This document shows, in pieces, positions 47,136 through 59,889 of a stretch of DNA of 64,000 nucleotides. The stretch lies in contig NC_087472.1 of assembly GCF_036321535.1 (NCBI RefSeq), forward strand, positions 100,504,001 to 100,568,000, written 5' to 3'. Origin of the DNA: Camelus dromedarius (Eukaryota). Both the position numbers and the translations under genes were made by a program. The stretch's first letter is position 1. Each line of letters begins with the position of its first letter. The notes beneath the pieces are model-generated. The model was given only the letters and a program-made list of their open reading frames with translations, did not search any database and was not told the DNA's origin.

Positions 47136-48427
47136 TTGTGGGTGCTTAGCCCAGTTTGGGGAGCAGGGAGGAGTCCTGGAAGAGATGACGTTCAAGTTGA
47201 GAACTGAAGGAGGAGTAGGCAGGCAAATGGGGGTGATCTGGTGATTTTTTTTCCCTTCCTCTTTGGAATATAATTACTTTCACAAAGTGTTTTAAAATTC
47301 AAGTTGAAAATCCTTTCCCTTCACTACTGTGGTGGAAGGAGCTTTAAGGAGAACTGATCAAGCTTGGTTCTTGTGTCACACCCAGGTTTGAAGCTCTGCC
47401 TTGAACAGTTTGGGTGAGTTTTACCCAACCTCTCTGAGTCCATGCTCTTATCTATAAAATGGGGATAATAACACCTGCCTCCCTCGAGGTATTGTGAAGA
47501 AAAGATGAGTGCCCAGTGTGTTACCTGGCCCTCAGTAGGCAATTAGTAAATAGTGAGTGCTGTTGTGGTGTTATGACTTTGATAGAGGCCACACATACCC
47601 AGGCCACAAGTCCTCGCCTCACCACCCTGGCCCATGATGCTCCCTTTCCTGAATGCCCTGTTACAGCTACTAATTGCTCTCTGGTCTTTGAACATAATTA
47701 TGTCTTCCCATTGATGCGGTGAGATTCTTAAGCACAGAGACCTCATCAGTTTTGTTCCTTTTGCATCAAGCAGTGCTCTCAGCACATGAAAAGTACCCTT
47801 ATGTCCTTGTTGATAAAATAGTTTCTGCAGGCTCTGAGCCATCTTAGTGACCCAGCTATTGATCCAAGCTTACCTTCCCCCAGGAGCAAAAGAACTGTCT
47901 TCCCATTAAAGCAAATCTGCAGCATTGGACTTTCCTCTCCAACATTTTAATGATTAAAAAAAATTTGTCTGCGCCTTTAGTTATATTTATTTTGGGAGTA
48001 GTTGGTGATAAGCCCTCATGTTTGCCCTGTTTTTCCCTTCCTGACTTAATAGTCAAGCTCTTCTGGTTAACCAGAACACTCCAAGTACGGTTCTGCTGGG
48101 AAATCCATGAGTCTGCACGTGCAGAGTCGCATTCCTTCCCACCTTCCCCCACCCGGCCCCCACCCCACTCCAACAACTAGTCTTCACAGGTGTAGTGCCC
48201 TAATCCATTTAGCACCTCGTTGTCTTCTGAGTGATCCTAGGCAGGTCACCTCTCCCCTCTGTAAAAATGAATGAGCAATTTTGTGCTGTGCGTATTTTAC
48301 CACAATAAAAATATTGAGTGGTTTCTAAAGTTTGTTCTATCTCCCAGCTCCTGTAGATATGCGCAGATGCTTATGAGGCATTTTTCAATGTCAGCTGATA
48401 CAAACGTTGACCTCTGTTTCTGATTTG

Positions 48428-49290
48428 CTTTTTTTTAATTGAAGTATAGTTGATTTACAATATTATGTTAGTTTCAGTTGTGATAACTTGGTGATTCAGT
48501 ATTTTTATAGATTATATTCCACTTAAAGTTATTACAAAATAAGGGCTATATTTCCCTGTGCTATACAATATATCATTGTAGCTTATTTATTTTATACATA
48601 GTACTTTTACCTCTTAATCCCCTCCTCCTGTCTTGCCTCTCCCCCTCCCCTCTCCCCACTAGTAATTATTAACTTGTTCTCTTTTTGTGTGTCTGTTTCT
48701 GTTTTGTTATATTCATTTATTTGCTTTTTTTTTTAGATTCCACATATAAGTGATAACATACAATATTTGTCTTTCTCTGTCTGGCTTATTTCACTAAACA
48801 ATATTCTGTAAGTCCACCCATGTTGTTGCAAATAGCAGAATTTCATTCTTTTTTATGGCTGAGTAGTGGTCCATTGTGTGTGTGTGTGTGTTTGTGTGTG
48901 TGTATCACATCTTCTTTATCCATTCATCTGTTGATGGACACTTAGGTTGCTTCCATATTTTGGATATTGTAAATAATGCTGCTATGAACATTGGGATGTA
49001 CATATCTTTTCTAATTACTGTTTTTGTTTTCTTCAGATATATACCCAGGAGTGGAAGTGCTGGATTATACAGTAATTCTGTTTTTAGTTTTTTGAGGTCC
49101 ATACTGTTTTTCATAGTGGCTGCACCAATTTACATTCCCATCAGCAGTATATCAGGATTCCCTTTTTTCCACATCCTTGCCAATATTTGTTATTTGTGTT
49201 CTTTTTGATGATAGCCATTCTGACAGGTATGAGGTGATATCTCATTGTGATTTTGATTGGCATTTCTCTGATGATTAGTGATGTTGAGCT
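48428..49290 (-). mobile_element. L1 3' end (ORF2 C-terminus and 3'UTR), laurasiatherian type
   Basis: poly-T then aattgaagtatagttgatttacaa; ORF 48905-49114 (-) has PLLGIY...[28 protein letters not shown]. Confidence 0.92.
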
Positions 49291-50744
49291 CTTTAAACTG
49301 AGATCAACTTACATTGATTTCACTTATTGGCAATCATTTAGCATTAAGTATATCAAACTCATAATCATTTGTTAGAGGTAATGGTATGTTCATATCAGCT
49401 AGCATGTCAACTAATTCCTTTTCCTGTGTCTGTGAAAGAGAATTTTTTCCATTAGTTATTTGCCAAATGTACTTACTGCTAAATATTATTTGAATCTTTA
49501 AGGCAAAGAAGGGAAGGGCTATATTTACAAAAGGGTCCTTTTTGCAGGATTGGTTTTGAATATATGGAGAGTATAAATATATACTCTAGGGAGTATCTTC
49601 AAATATGTGTTGACTTAAAAAATAAAAAAAGAAATTCCTAGATTTATTTTGGCCTAGATAAGAAATAATAAGTTTGTACATTTCTTCAATATCAACTGTT
49701 ATAAGGTTCCTTCAAAAAAGTGTTACGTTCAAAGTGGTGATAAGAGAATATGGATCAGAAAGAAAAATAATGAGCAAGGCAGTGTTCACTATAACTGCAA
49801 GTTATTTGGTATAAAAAGCAGATAATTAAGAGACCAGGACAGTAAGTAAATTTAAAGTGAGGAGAATGGGATAACTAAAACATGCAATATGGAACAAATA
49901 GTAGTAATAATAAAGACTAGTTTGGGGGAAGGTTAAAAGAAGATATAATTAAATACTGGAAAATAATAACATGGCAGAAGAATGGGAGGAGACTGGAGTT
50001 AAACCTGTTTTTTTTTTTTTTTTAATTTTAAAGATGTATGTGTATAAGAGACAAACCTAAAACAGAAGATACTGAAAGTTTGAATGTAATTTAGTGGGAT
50101 AAGATATACTAGGAAAATGCTAACCAAAAAGAAGTTGGTGTAATTATACTTACATCAAACAGAAGATTCTGAAATTTTAAAAATTCTATTATTAAGAATA
50201 AAAAATGTAAAAAAAAGAATAAAAAATGTTATCACCAGATGATGAAAGAATAATTCACCAAAAACTAAAGCAATTCTAAACCCATAGAATACTAACACTA
50301 ATACTAACAGCTTTAAAATACATAAAGCAAAACTTGACTTAATTGTTAACAAATCCATAATCAGAGTGGGAGTTTAAAATTCCCTTCTCTGAGATACTGA
50401 TGTATCAAATAAATAAGTAGGACATAGAAAATGTGAGCACTTCCATAAGAAACAAACTTGATCAAGTATATACATTAGAATCTTGTGCCCCACCAACAGA
50501 CAATACTTATTCGTTTTAACCTTGCAAAGTATATTTTTCAGAAATTGATGACAAATTAAGGTATAAAGGAAATCTCAAAAAATACTAAAGAATCAACTTT
50601 ATGCACACCACATTTTTTGGGCAAAATGCAAGAAAATTAGAGAGCAATAACAAATAACTGCTAAAGCCTCCCCCCCCCAAAATGTTTGAAATCTTACTAA
50701 GCCCACTTCTAAACATATCTAAATAGATCACAGATATATGTGTC

Positions 50745-50747
<3 letters not shown>

Positions 50748-50799
<52 letters not shown>

Positions 50800-50806
50800 A
50801 TATATA
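50748..50806. repeat. (TA)n microsatellite
   Basis: Direct reading. Confidence 0.95.
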
Positions 50807-51218
50807 TCTAAGAAGAAATTATAATGGAAATTATGAAATATTTAGAACTGAATGAAAACAAAAGCATTCCAAATACCATTTTATGGGATATAGCTAAAGT
50901 GGGATTTGAAGAGAAATTTGTATCATGAAATGTATAATTAGAAAAGAAGGAAGATTTAAAAATTAATGACCTCAAATTGAGAAAAAGACAACAGTGTACC
51001 CAAGAAAATAGATGAAAGGAAATAATAAAGACAGGACCAACAATTAATGTAATATAAAATAGATAATAAAGATTGACAAAACCAAAAGCTAATTGTTTTG
51101 AAAAGGCTAATAAAAAGGCAAACTTTTGTCAGGGTTGATGGAGGGATGGGAAAAGGGACAAATAAACAGTATTAGGAGAAAATGGGAAAATACTATGAAT
51201 AATTTTGGCAGTAAATTT

Positions 51219-51759
51219 TTTTTATTGAAGTATAAATACAGTGGTTTACAATGTTGTGTTAACTTCTGGTGTACAGCATAGTAATTCACTTATACATATA
51301 TATATTCCTTTTAATATTCTTTTTCATTATAGGCTATTACAAGGTATTGAATATAGTTCCCTGTGCCATACAGTAGAACCTTGCTGTTTATCCATTTTAC
51401 GTATGGTAGTTAGTATCTGCAAATCCCAAATTCCCAATTTATCCCTCCATCACCTCCCCTTCCCTCCTGGTAACCACAATTTTGTTTTCTGTCTGTGAAT
51501 CTGTTTCTGTTTTGTAAATAAGTTCATTTGTCTGATTTTTTTTAGATTCCATGTATAAGTGATATATGATATTCTTCTTTCTCTTTCTTGCTTACTTCAC
51601 TTAGTATGACAGTCTCCAGATTCATCCATGTTGCTGCAAATGTTATTTTATTTTTCATGGCTGAGTAGTATTCCAGTGTGTATATGTGTGTGTGTGTGTG
51701 TATCTTTTTTATTCAATCATCTGTCTGTAGGCATTTAGATTGCTTCCACGTCTTGGCTA
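51219..51759 (-). mobile_element. 5'-truncated younger L1 with 15-bp TSD
   Basis: TSD TTTGGCAGTAAATTT at 51204-51218 and 51760-51774; L1 3'UTR motif gaatatagttccctgtgccatacagtagaaccttg. Confidence 0.9.
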
Positions 51760-51934
51760 TTTGGCAGTAAATTTGAAAACATAAATGACAGTTTTCTAGA
51801 TAAGTGTTACCAATGTCAACTCAAGAAAAAATTACATCCTAATTAAACTGTAACCATTAAAGAGATTGAATTAGTCAAAAAAAAAAAAAATCCTAGTTCA
51901 AGATGAGTTTAGGACCAAGAAACATTTAGAGGTT

Positions 51935-52985
51935 TATTTATTCATTCATCTTTGAAGGCTAAGGAATTTGGCTTTTATTCTGAGTAGAAAGGGAAACCCT
52001 GAGAGGGCTTTGAGCAGAGGAATGACATCATCTGAATGAGGTTTGGAAAGAATCACTCCACCGGCTGCATAGAATATTGACTATAAGGGGTCAAAATGCA
52101 AAGCAGAATGACCAGTTAGGAAGCTTCTACAATTGGAGCATGATGGCTCAGACAAGGTTGGTTCCAATAGAGACAGACAGGAATGGTGGAATTTGGGGGA
52201 AATTTTGAAGATGGAGACAAGTTTTATTGGTGGATTGAGTGTAAGGAAAGTAATTCAAGGAGTATCAGATGAATGAAAGGCTGATAATGGGTCAAAGTCA
52301 AGTAGCAACAAGACTGAGAGTTGACCATTAGGTTGGTGGAAGTCATTGGTGATCTTGTCAAGCAGCTTATGTGAATGTTAGAGGCAAAAATTGGTTGAAG
52401 TGAGCTCAAGAGATAATGGAGGAACACAAACTAAAGATTTTGAGTTTAAACAATTCTTTTGAAGAGTCTGCTGTAAAGGAGAACAGTGATTGGGTGGAGA
52501 TGTGAGGCTGAAAGGGGTTTATGTGAGAAATTATATACCTGGTGGAAATGATCTAGTAGACAGGGAAAAACTGATAATGCTAGAGTGAGAGTGGGAACTA
52601 CTGGAGCAAAGATTGTTTATCCATCAAAACAAGAGTGAAGGCAGAGTCCAAGGGCACAATGTTCTCTCTTGATTGTTTCTACTTTCTCAGTGAAACACAA
52701 GGCACTGTCATTAGCCAAGAGTGAAGCTGGGGATGAGTTATCAGAGATTTGAAGAGAGGAGAGAAGGTTTGAAATTATTGTCTAGAAGAAAGGAATGGAT
52801 GGCCCAGGGATTTCTAGTATGATTGTTGGACAGCACCAAGGGTCATTAATTTCAAGCAAGTTCAGTCAGTATGGCTGCATGTTTTTCTCTGGCTGTACAG
52901 GTGGCACCCCGAGCAGTAGGCAGAGTCAAAGTCAACCAGAGCTGGGGTTTCGCCTGGTGAGTACAATGGAGTGAGAGAGGGGCAA
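51935..52985 (-). mobile_element. L2 LINE segment
   Basis: ggaatttggcttttattctgagt...gggctttgagcagaggaatgacatcatctga; gtggaagtcattggtgatcttg. Confidence 0.75.
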
Positions 52986-53479
52986 GGAATTAACAGATGA
53001 CCCCTATCTTAAATAAACTGTTTCAGATAAAAGATAAAGAGGGATAACTCTCAACTCCTTTTATATCCTAAGATACCATAGTCAAATAAGACATAATGAG
53101 AAATAGTTATGGGGAAAATTCACTTATGAATATTGATGCAAAAATACAAAATAAAATACTAATGACATGAATCTAGCAATGTATAAAAAATACATCATGA
53201 TCAAGTAAAGTTTATCCCAGTAATGCAAGAAAATTTACTTTAAGAAAATCTATTAATGTAATTTACCACATTAATAAATTAAAGGGAAAAAGGCTTTAAC
53301 TTTATCTGTAACATTTTATATCTTTTTTAAAAAGGAAGGAATCTGGTACCGTTATGGTGGGATGCTTTCATTCGTTTAATCTGAGTGAGAGTATTGGTTA
53401 TGTTGTTCTCTCTGCTTTCCTATATGTTTGAGATTTTTATTATATTATAAAAATTAAGGCCATATTAATAAACATAGTC

Positions 53480-54020
53480 TAGGAGTAGCCTAGGAGTCAG
53501 CTTGGATTCCTTCTGTTCCCTCATGCCCCACCAAAAAGTGAGAGAATGTACTAATGAATTAGATTACCAAAATCTATCTCAGCTCCACCCACTTCTCACC
53601 ATGTTCACTGCTACCACCCTAGTCCAGGCCATCATCTCATGCCTGGACTGTCCCTCTTGCCTCCTGATTCATTCTCTGCTTCCACTCTTGGCCCCTCCTC
53701 CCCAGCAGTAAGCAACCTTACATCAAGCACCAGACTACACTGCTCTCCCTTAGGCTCCACCAAGGAAGAAGACCTCCCTCGCCTCCCTCCTTGATGCCCT
53801 CATAGCAGGATACACATCCCCTTTGCTGCACTTAACCAAGTTGGAATTTTACATCTATTTGTGTGATTTGAAATGAATGAATTCCCACTAGACTATAAAG
53901 TCTGCTGTGTAGGACCAAGGATTTCTTTTTGATTACCATTTTATCCTTGGCACTTAGTACTTGGCAGTTGTAGAGATTTTAAAAACAGTTGTTGATTGAA
54001 TGAATAAATGAATGAAATAA
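53480..54020 (+). mobile_element. L2 LINE 3' region
   Basis: ctgctaccaccctagtccaggccatcatctcatgcctggac...ttgaatgaataaatgaatgaa. Confidence 0.75.
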
Positions 54021-56896
54021 AATGCTTACCACATAGTCTGTGTACTGTAGTATGTGCAGTTAATAAATGACCACTGCTGTTGTTATTATTATTCATCAGG
54101 CTTCCACCACACACCCATCGTTTGGTGGGTTCTTAGGACCTAATTGTATTTCCATAAGAAGAGATGCGCCAGGGTCTGGGCGGCCCGTGGTGGGGACATG
54201 CACATACACACTTTCGGTGCTACCTGAAGCCAGATGCCCCCGCCTCCAGGGACCTTGCAATGGCTCTGCTCCGGCTGCCAGCCTCGGGGTCTAGATTTTT
54301 TTTTAAAAAAAGAGAGGGAGAGAGTCCAGAGTTCCTGTGACCTGTCTGTCCTTTGTCCCTAGTCCAGTTTACTCTGTAAAGAATTTATTTAACAGCCAGG
54401 CTGGGAATGAGAACAGTTGTGGTCCAGGGCATGCACAAGCATTCTGGGCAGCCCTGAGTCCAAAAAGGGCAGAAATGATATTTTTACCCCGTAATCAGAC
54501 AGAGACTACCTGACAGTTGGTTGTCTGGTCTGTGTGTTGACCCGAGAAAGAAAACACTTGCTAGATAGCATTTTCTCCTTCCTAGTGTAATCCAGGGCCC
54601 TGCCTTCCGTCACCTTCCACTTCAGATCGTTTTGAGTACAGCCTGGAGGAGGGCTTTTGCTGTGCTCTTTTCAGGATAGCCTTTACATATTTTAGTGCAG
54701 ATAAAAACATTTGAGTAATTCAATGAAAAAAAGTCCTTGACTCTTCCATTTACAAATAAAGGACTGTAAACCCATACAAGGGAGAGATTTAGAATTGTTT
54801 CAGGTTTTGCAGGGATCCAAAAATCATCTAGTCAGATCACCTAGTCTCATTTTACATAAAGAATTCCAGCCAGGGGAGTTGAGGGAATCTTTTTCTAGGT
54901 CATCCTTCTAGTGAGCTGACAGCCCCATGATAAGCACTCGGTCTTATTGGAAAGAGGCCAAAAGAGGGGAGATAAATACTTTAGACATACCAGATTGCTG
55001 TGAATACCAAATAAAATTGCATTCAGTAATAGAATGAAATAAATATCACATCTGCCTCACAATAGGCAGGGAGAACATAATTAATGTTCATAAAATACAT
55101 TTAGAGAAATGGAGTTCTTAAGCAAACAGGTTACAGACCTATTTGAAAATTTGATGACAGCTGAATATCCTATTCTTTCCTGAGAAAAATGCTCACACAA
55201 AAGTTCCAGGAGTCTCATGGACCTCCAGCTCCCTGCCTCCCCAAGCCCATCTGTGGAACTCCTAACAGACTCCCTGGAGAGCCCAGAGGCAGAGTGACAG
55301 GTGTCATGCCGCTGTGCTCTGAACCTGAACCTAGTGGAATAAGAGTCAGTCTTATCATTGAAAATATCGAATAGTGATATTTGCAATTTTCCTGTTCAGG
55401 TGAAAGGTTGCTAGTGTGTCACCCAGTAATCCCTTGATAGCTCAAACTTTAAGTGTGACCAGGAGAATTCTGACAACCCTATTGAGTTTGAATGTGTTCT
55501 GTAAGTTTCCACAACACCAGGCTAAAGACTAACCCCTCAGTAATCCCCCACCTTACCGCAGGAATTGGCACAAGAGGCAAAGAATTAAAATCTCCTAAGA
55601 GGGTGGTAAAGTCATTTGCACATTTGATTGTAGCTAAGGGGCTCAGAATGTAGCTAAGGTTTCTGTGAATTTTGTAAGTTTTAAGATTAGCATTGGGATC
55701 TGGAAGGAAGCTAGAACCAAGCTAGGATGAAGTGGATGCCTGCAATGCTTGGCTTCCAACCCATTTTGTTTGCCTGTAAGCCATCATTCAGTCATATGAG
55801 ATGATGCAACTGGGTGGGCTCAGGACAGCTTGCAGCTTGTGCATTATCTGAAAACCCAGAGAGGGAAGTCTAATGAGCAGCAATTTAGAAAAAGATATTC
55901 ATCATTTGAAAGTAAGAATTGCACACCCATAATTTCCTTAGGTAAAGTATGAGGCCACTGCATGTTAGCACTTAAGTTTTCAACATTATTCTCTGAAAGC
56001 CTGAGGTTTACATATCAAATTATGCAAAGCTTATCTTTTAAACTAATGCAAAAAGAAAGGTTACTCACATAACCAGTAGTCTCAGTTACAGATGCAGTCA
56101 TTTTAAAACAAATGCTAGTGTAATTCCCACTTTAAAAAACATCTCAAGTCCAAGACATTGCCCTTCCCCACCCCCTTTAACATTTGAAGCAGCAGTTGCT
56201 AAAATAAAACTCCCATACAACAAATAAATTTAACCAGTTTCTGGAGTTTTTGTAATAGAAATCTCACACTCTATTTTTTGCTTTACCAGCACTGGGGGGT
56301 GAAGGGGAGGTGAGTAATCATGTATTTTCAACATTTATCCTAGTCTCTTCTGGGTGTTTCATTTGAATAACTGAATAGTCCTTTCCTCCCTTGGAAATGA
56401 GCAAGGCAGTGATGTGTACTTAATGATTCTTAATCCAAAGGAAAGAGGATCCAGGGTAGGGGTTAGCCAGAGACCTCTGACCTCTGTCCCATGGAGCATA
56501 GGAAAGGGAACTCTGGGAAGGCTTCATGGAGGAGGGAGCCTGTGAGGGAGAGGCGTTTGCTGGAGGGCATCCCAGGCAGAGAAAAGAGTATGTGCACAGG
56601 CCCAGAAGTGCCAAGAGCAGAGTGTGTGCAGGAAACATTAATTCAGGCTTTCTAGGGGGCTAAGGAGGGAGCGATGTGTGATTGTGCTGGATGTGAGAGG
56701 AGGAGGCAGCACATGATAAGCCTTGTATGGCTATCCCAGGGACTTTGATTCTGTCTTATAGGGTTGGAGAATTCAGAGCAGCACAGCGAAGTCTTGAGAG
56801 TGTAGGTCTTTCTGTGACCTCCCTTTGTGGAGGTTGGATTGGAATTGAGAGAGGTGATTAGATAGGCTTGCTGACCCTGGCTGGTTACCAACAAGG

Positions 56897-57390
56897 TGAA
56901 GGAAATGCCAGGCTATTGAAAAACTGCTTGTTTTCTCTTATCCCGCAGCTGGCACCTTGGTTCTAAGGACATAGCCCTACAGCCAGACTTTTTATATTCC
57001 ACAACTGCTGCATCAGTCGCAAGGAAATACCCTAGTATCTCTTTATTGTTCTCTTTCCCGTTGAAGTTTCTGTTTTAGGACTGAGCTCCATGGGAGGAAA
57101 GAGCCGGTCATAGAAGGTGATTGGCACAGCCGGAATAAAGATAATGATGACAGAGCCTTTCAATAAAAGACACTGCGACACATTCAGGGTGGGAGCTGTC
57201 CCAGCTGGCTACCTGGCTGGTGACTCCCCGCGCGAGCACTTTCCCTTTCCCTTCTCTCTTCTCTTTGAGCAATAAGAGCAGTCTTTCACTTTGTCTTTCT
57301 GCCCCTGCTGAGAATTCCTTCTCAACCTGCAGGCAAGGACCTACACTTTTGGTGGGCTTTCTAATTTGGGAATCTCTCTATCTGCTAACA
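56897..57390 (+). mobile_element. Probable solo ERV LTR in sense orientation in PHKA2 intron 1
   Basis: TG...CA ends with flanks caagg/gaagg; U5-like gaattccttctcaacc...caaggacc; CpGs retained. Confidence 0.6.
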
Positions 57391-57689
57391 GAAGGAACCA
57401 GTACTAGAGGCAGGGAGATCAGTAAGGAGCTATTCCAATTTTCTTTTGGGATGGAGGTAGGGGAACAAGGAATCTATCCTCTCTGTGCCATTTTTGGTGG
57501 GTAGATGACAGCATTCATCTCTGTGCTCTTGAGCTAAAAACTGAACTGCAAAATGTTCAATTAAGTAGTTTGGTGCTACTATTAAAGCTTGTGTACTTTG
57601 CCTTAATATTGCCTTGATCTTAGATTTCTTTAATAGCATCAAATGTTTTTATGGTATCTAGTTCACTGTGGCCATTTAATAAGCATTCG

Positions 57690-58260
57690 TGGTTGTATTT
57701 GTCAGGATTCTTTCAGATGTAAGTGACACAAACCCACCCCAAATGGCCTTTAAGTATGAAAGAGAATTTATTCCCTAAATAACTGAAAAGCTCAATGGAT
57801 TGGGCTAGATTCAGGCATGGCTGGATTCGGGAGTGCAAATGATTAAGTGTATTTCTTTGCAGTGCTTGGCCCTGTTTGACTCAGAGTGGGCTTTATTCTC
57901 TGGCAGGCTCATCCCACATGATAGCAGAGGTGGCCCCTTGGCAGCTTCAGGTTATATTCTTTTAGAGTGGTGCCCTCTGCAGAAAGAAGATGTTTTCTGT
58001 AGTGGCCTCAGAGGAAGTTGTGACTGAGAATGACTCTCACTTGGTCCAGCTTGGGTCATGTGCTCATCCTTGAACTGTGCCTAGATTGAATAGGCTGGGT
58101 CACATGTCCTTCCCTGCAGCTGGGGCCATGGCCAGGGGGCAGGCAGTGATGGGGTCAGCCTCCCACTCCAGGAACCACCCTGGGTCAGATCAGGGGAAAT
58201 TATAGGCCATAACCAGAAAAGGGAGGAACAGGTGCTGGACAGGCAGAGGCAACAGGGTTT
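57690..58260. mobile_element. MLT1 (MaLR) LTR
   Basis: tgtatttgtcaggattctttcagatgtaagtgac; cagcttgggtcatgtgctcatcc; ggctgggtcacatgtcc. Confidence 0.7.
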
Positions 58261-59889
58261 CCATTAGAGCAGGGATGAAGGAAGGGCCCAGGGGACCCAA
58301 CCCATGCTCTCCAGTCTGCTGTGAACTTTCCTTTTTATACAAAAGGAAATTGAGGCCCAGAGAAGTTAAGTAATTTGCCCAAGATCACATAGATAGTGAG
58401 TGGCAGAGCAGAGATTTGGACCCAGGTGTATCTTACACAATGTAGAATCTGTGGCCTTAAACACTACACTATATACTATACCTCCCTTGTGGAATGACCT
58501 TCAGGGTCCTTCTGCCCAAATAATACTAGGGACCGAGCCTGCATTGCCTACAACCCTATCCATTCTACTTGGAAAATTCTAAATGTTAGCAAGCTCTTAT
58601 ACTGAGTAGAAATCTGACTTGAGTTTAGTAGCTGAAAAAATTGAATCCCTCTTTCAGAGGACAACCTTTCAGCTCTTTGAAGGGGCTAACTTGCTCCCTT
58701 AAGCCTTCTCTAAACATTGTATTCTTCCCTCATGAGACATGATTTTCGGCCTCTTCGTAGCCCTGATGACCCTCTGGGTATGCTCCAGTTGATGAATGGC
58801 CCTTTTCAAACATGGTGTTTGGCAGTGACAATATGCCAGGTGTGCTCTGCGAGGCTGGTAGCTTAGTGAGACTCTTATTTCCCTTGTTCTGAAAACTCTT
58901 CTTCCATTAACATACCCTTGGCTTTTCGGTGCTGTTGGTAGGTCACTGTTAAAACTTGCAGTCAGTGTTGTATAGCTGAAATTTTTTATAACTAAGTGTT
59001 AGGGCAAGATGTGGATGGGTCATAGGGTAGCTGCTGGGATAGGGGAGGGGGGGTGACCTGGAAAAGAGAGAAGAGGTTCTGTTTAAAGATTTTGTTGGGG
59101 CCCTGGGGGTGAGAGTGGATGTGTGAAGGGAGCTGAGTCAGCTCAGATGTGTGGGAGTGATTGCTAATGAAATTAGTTCAGTAGACATTTATTAAACACA
59201 TAAGCCCGATAAATAAATTCTTGTTGAATTCTGTCTAGTTTTATTTCAACCTGTTGTCCAAGTCTGTAAGCATGCTGTTCGGCGTGAGCATCCACTTTGC
59301 AGCTCTTACCTGCCTCTCTTCTCACAGGCACACGCCCTCTAAGGAGCAGTGGATGTCACCTTTTCAACGTCTCTGCTCTTTTCTCTTGTTAATCCACCCC
59401 ATCCCCTGCCTGCTCTGAGAATCGTCTTTGTATTGCCACCAGACTAGAAGATTGTATAAGTGTTGTTTCTTGAGCTTGTATAACGAAGACTTTAGCTTTT
59501 ATTATTTTTATTTTTCAGGTAGATAATTTTAATGTTGAATATATGTTTTTAAAACTACACACCCACCACCCTAGGGAGCCATGTACACTATCTTCTTTGG
59601 TTACCCTCCACCACTATACCATTACCCCCACTGAAATTCACTGCCCTAACTTCTGCCTCCTTAAACTTCACCTCTGTCCTGTGAGGTTACTATTCTCTGT
59701 TTCACTCATCTCATCTCTGAGTCTAGCAATAAGCCATTTCCTATGCTTGAAGGAGTTCCCCTGTTTTACCCACTTTTTTACTTATAAAGCAAAAATGAGG
59801 ATTTGCCTCCTGTTTGAATCATTCCCAAGATTCATGCTGTGCATACCTGACTTGCTTCTTCGGAATTTCCTAAAGAAAGACTGTCCAGT

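Larger units (their letters stand above)
49700..53460 (+). mobile_element. Old L1M ORF2 remnant, interrupted by (TA)n, a young L1 and an L2 segment
   Basis: A-rich L1 motifs aatatttagaactgaatgaaaac, tgggatatagctaaag, atgaatattgatgcaaaaat, tttatcccagtaatgcaag. Confidence 0.75.

Noticed and set aside
48876..49208. ORFs on both strands
   Set aside because: L1 ORF2 C-terminal remnant and its antisense, not host genes.
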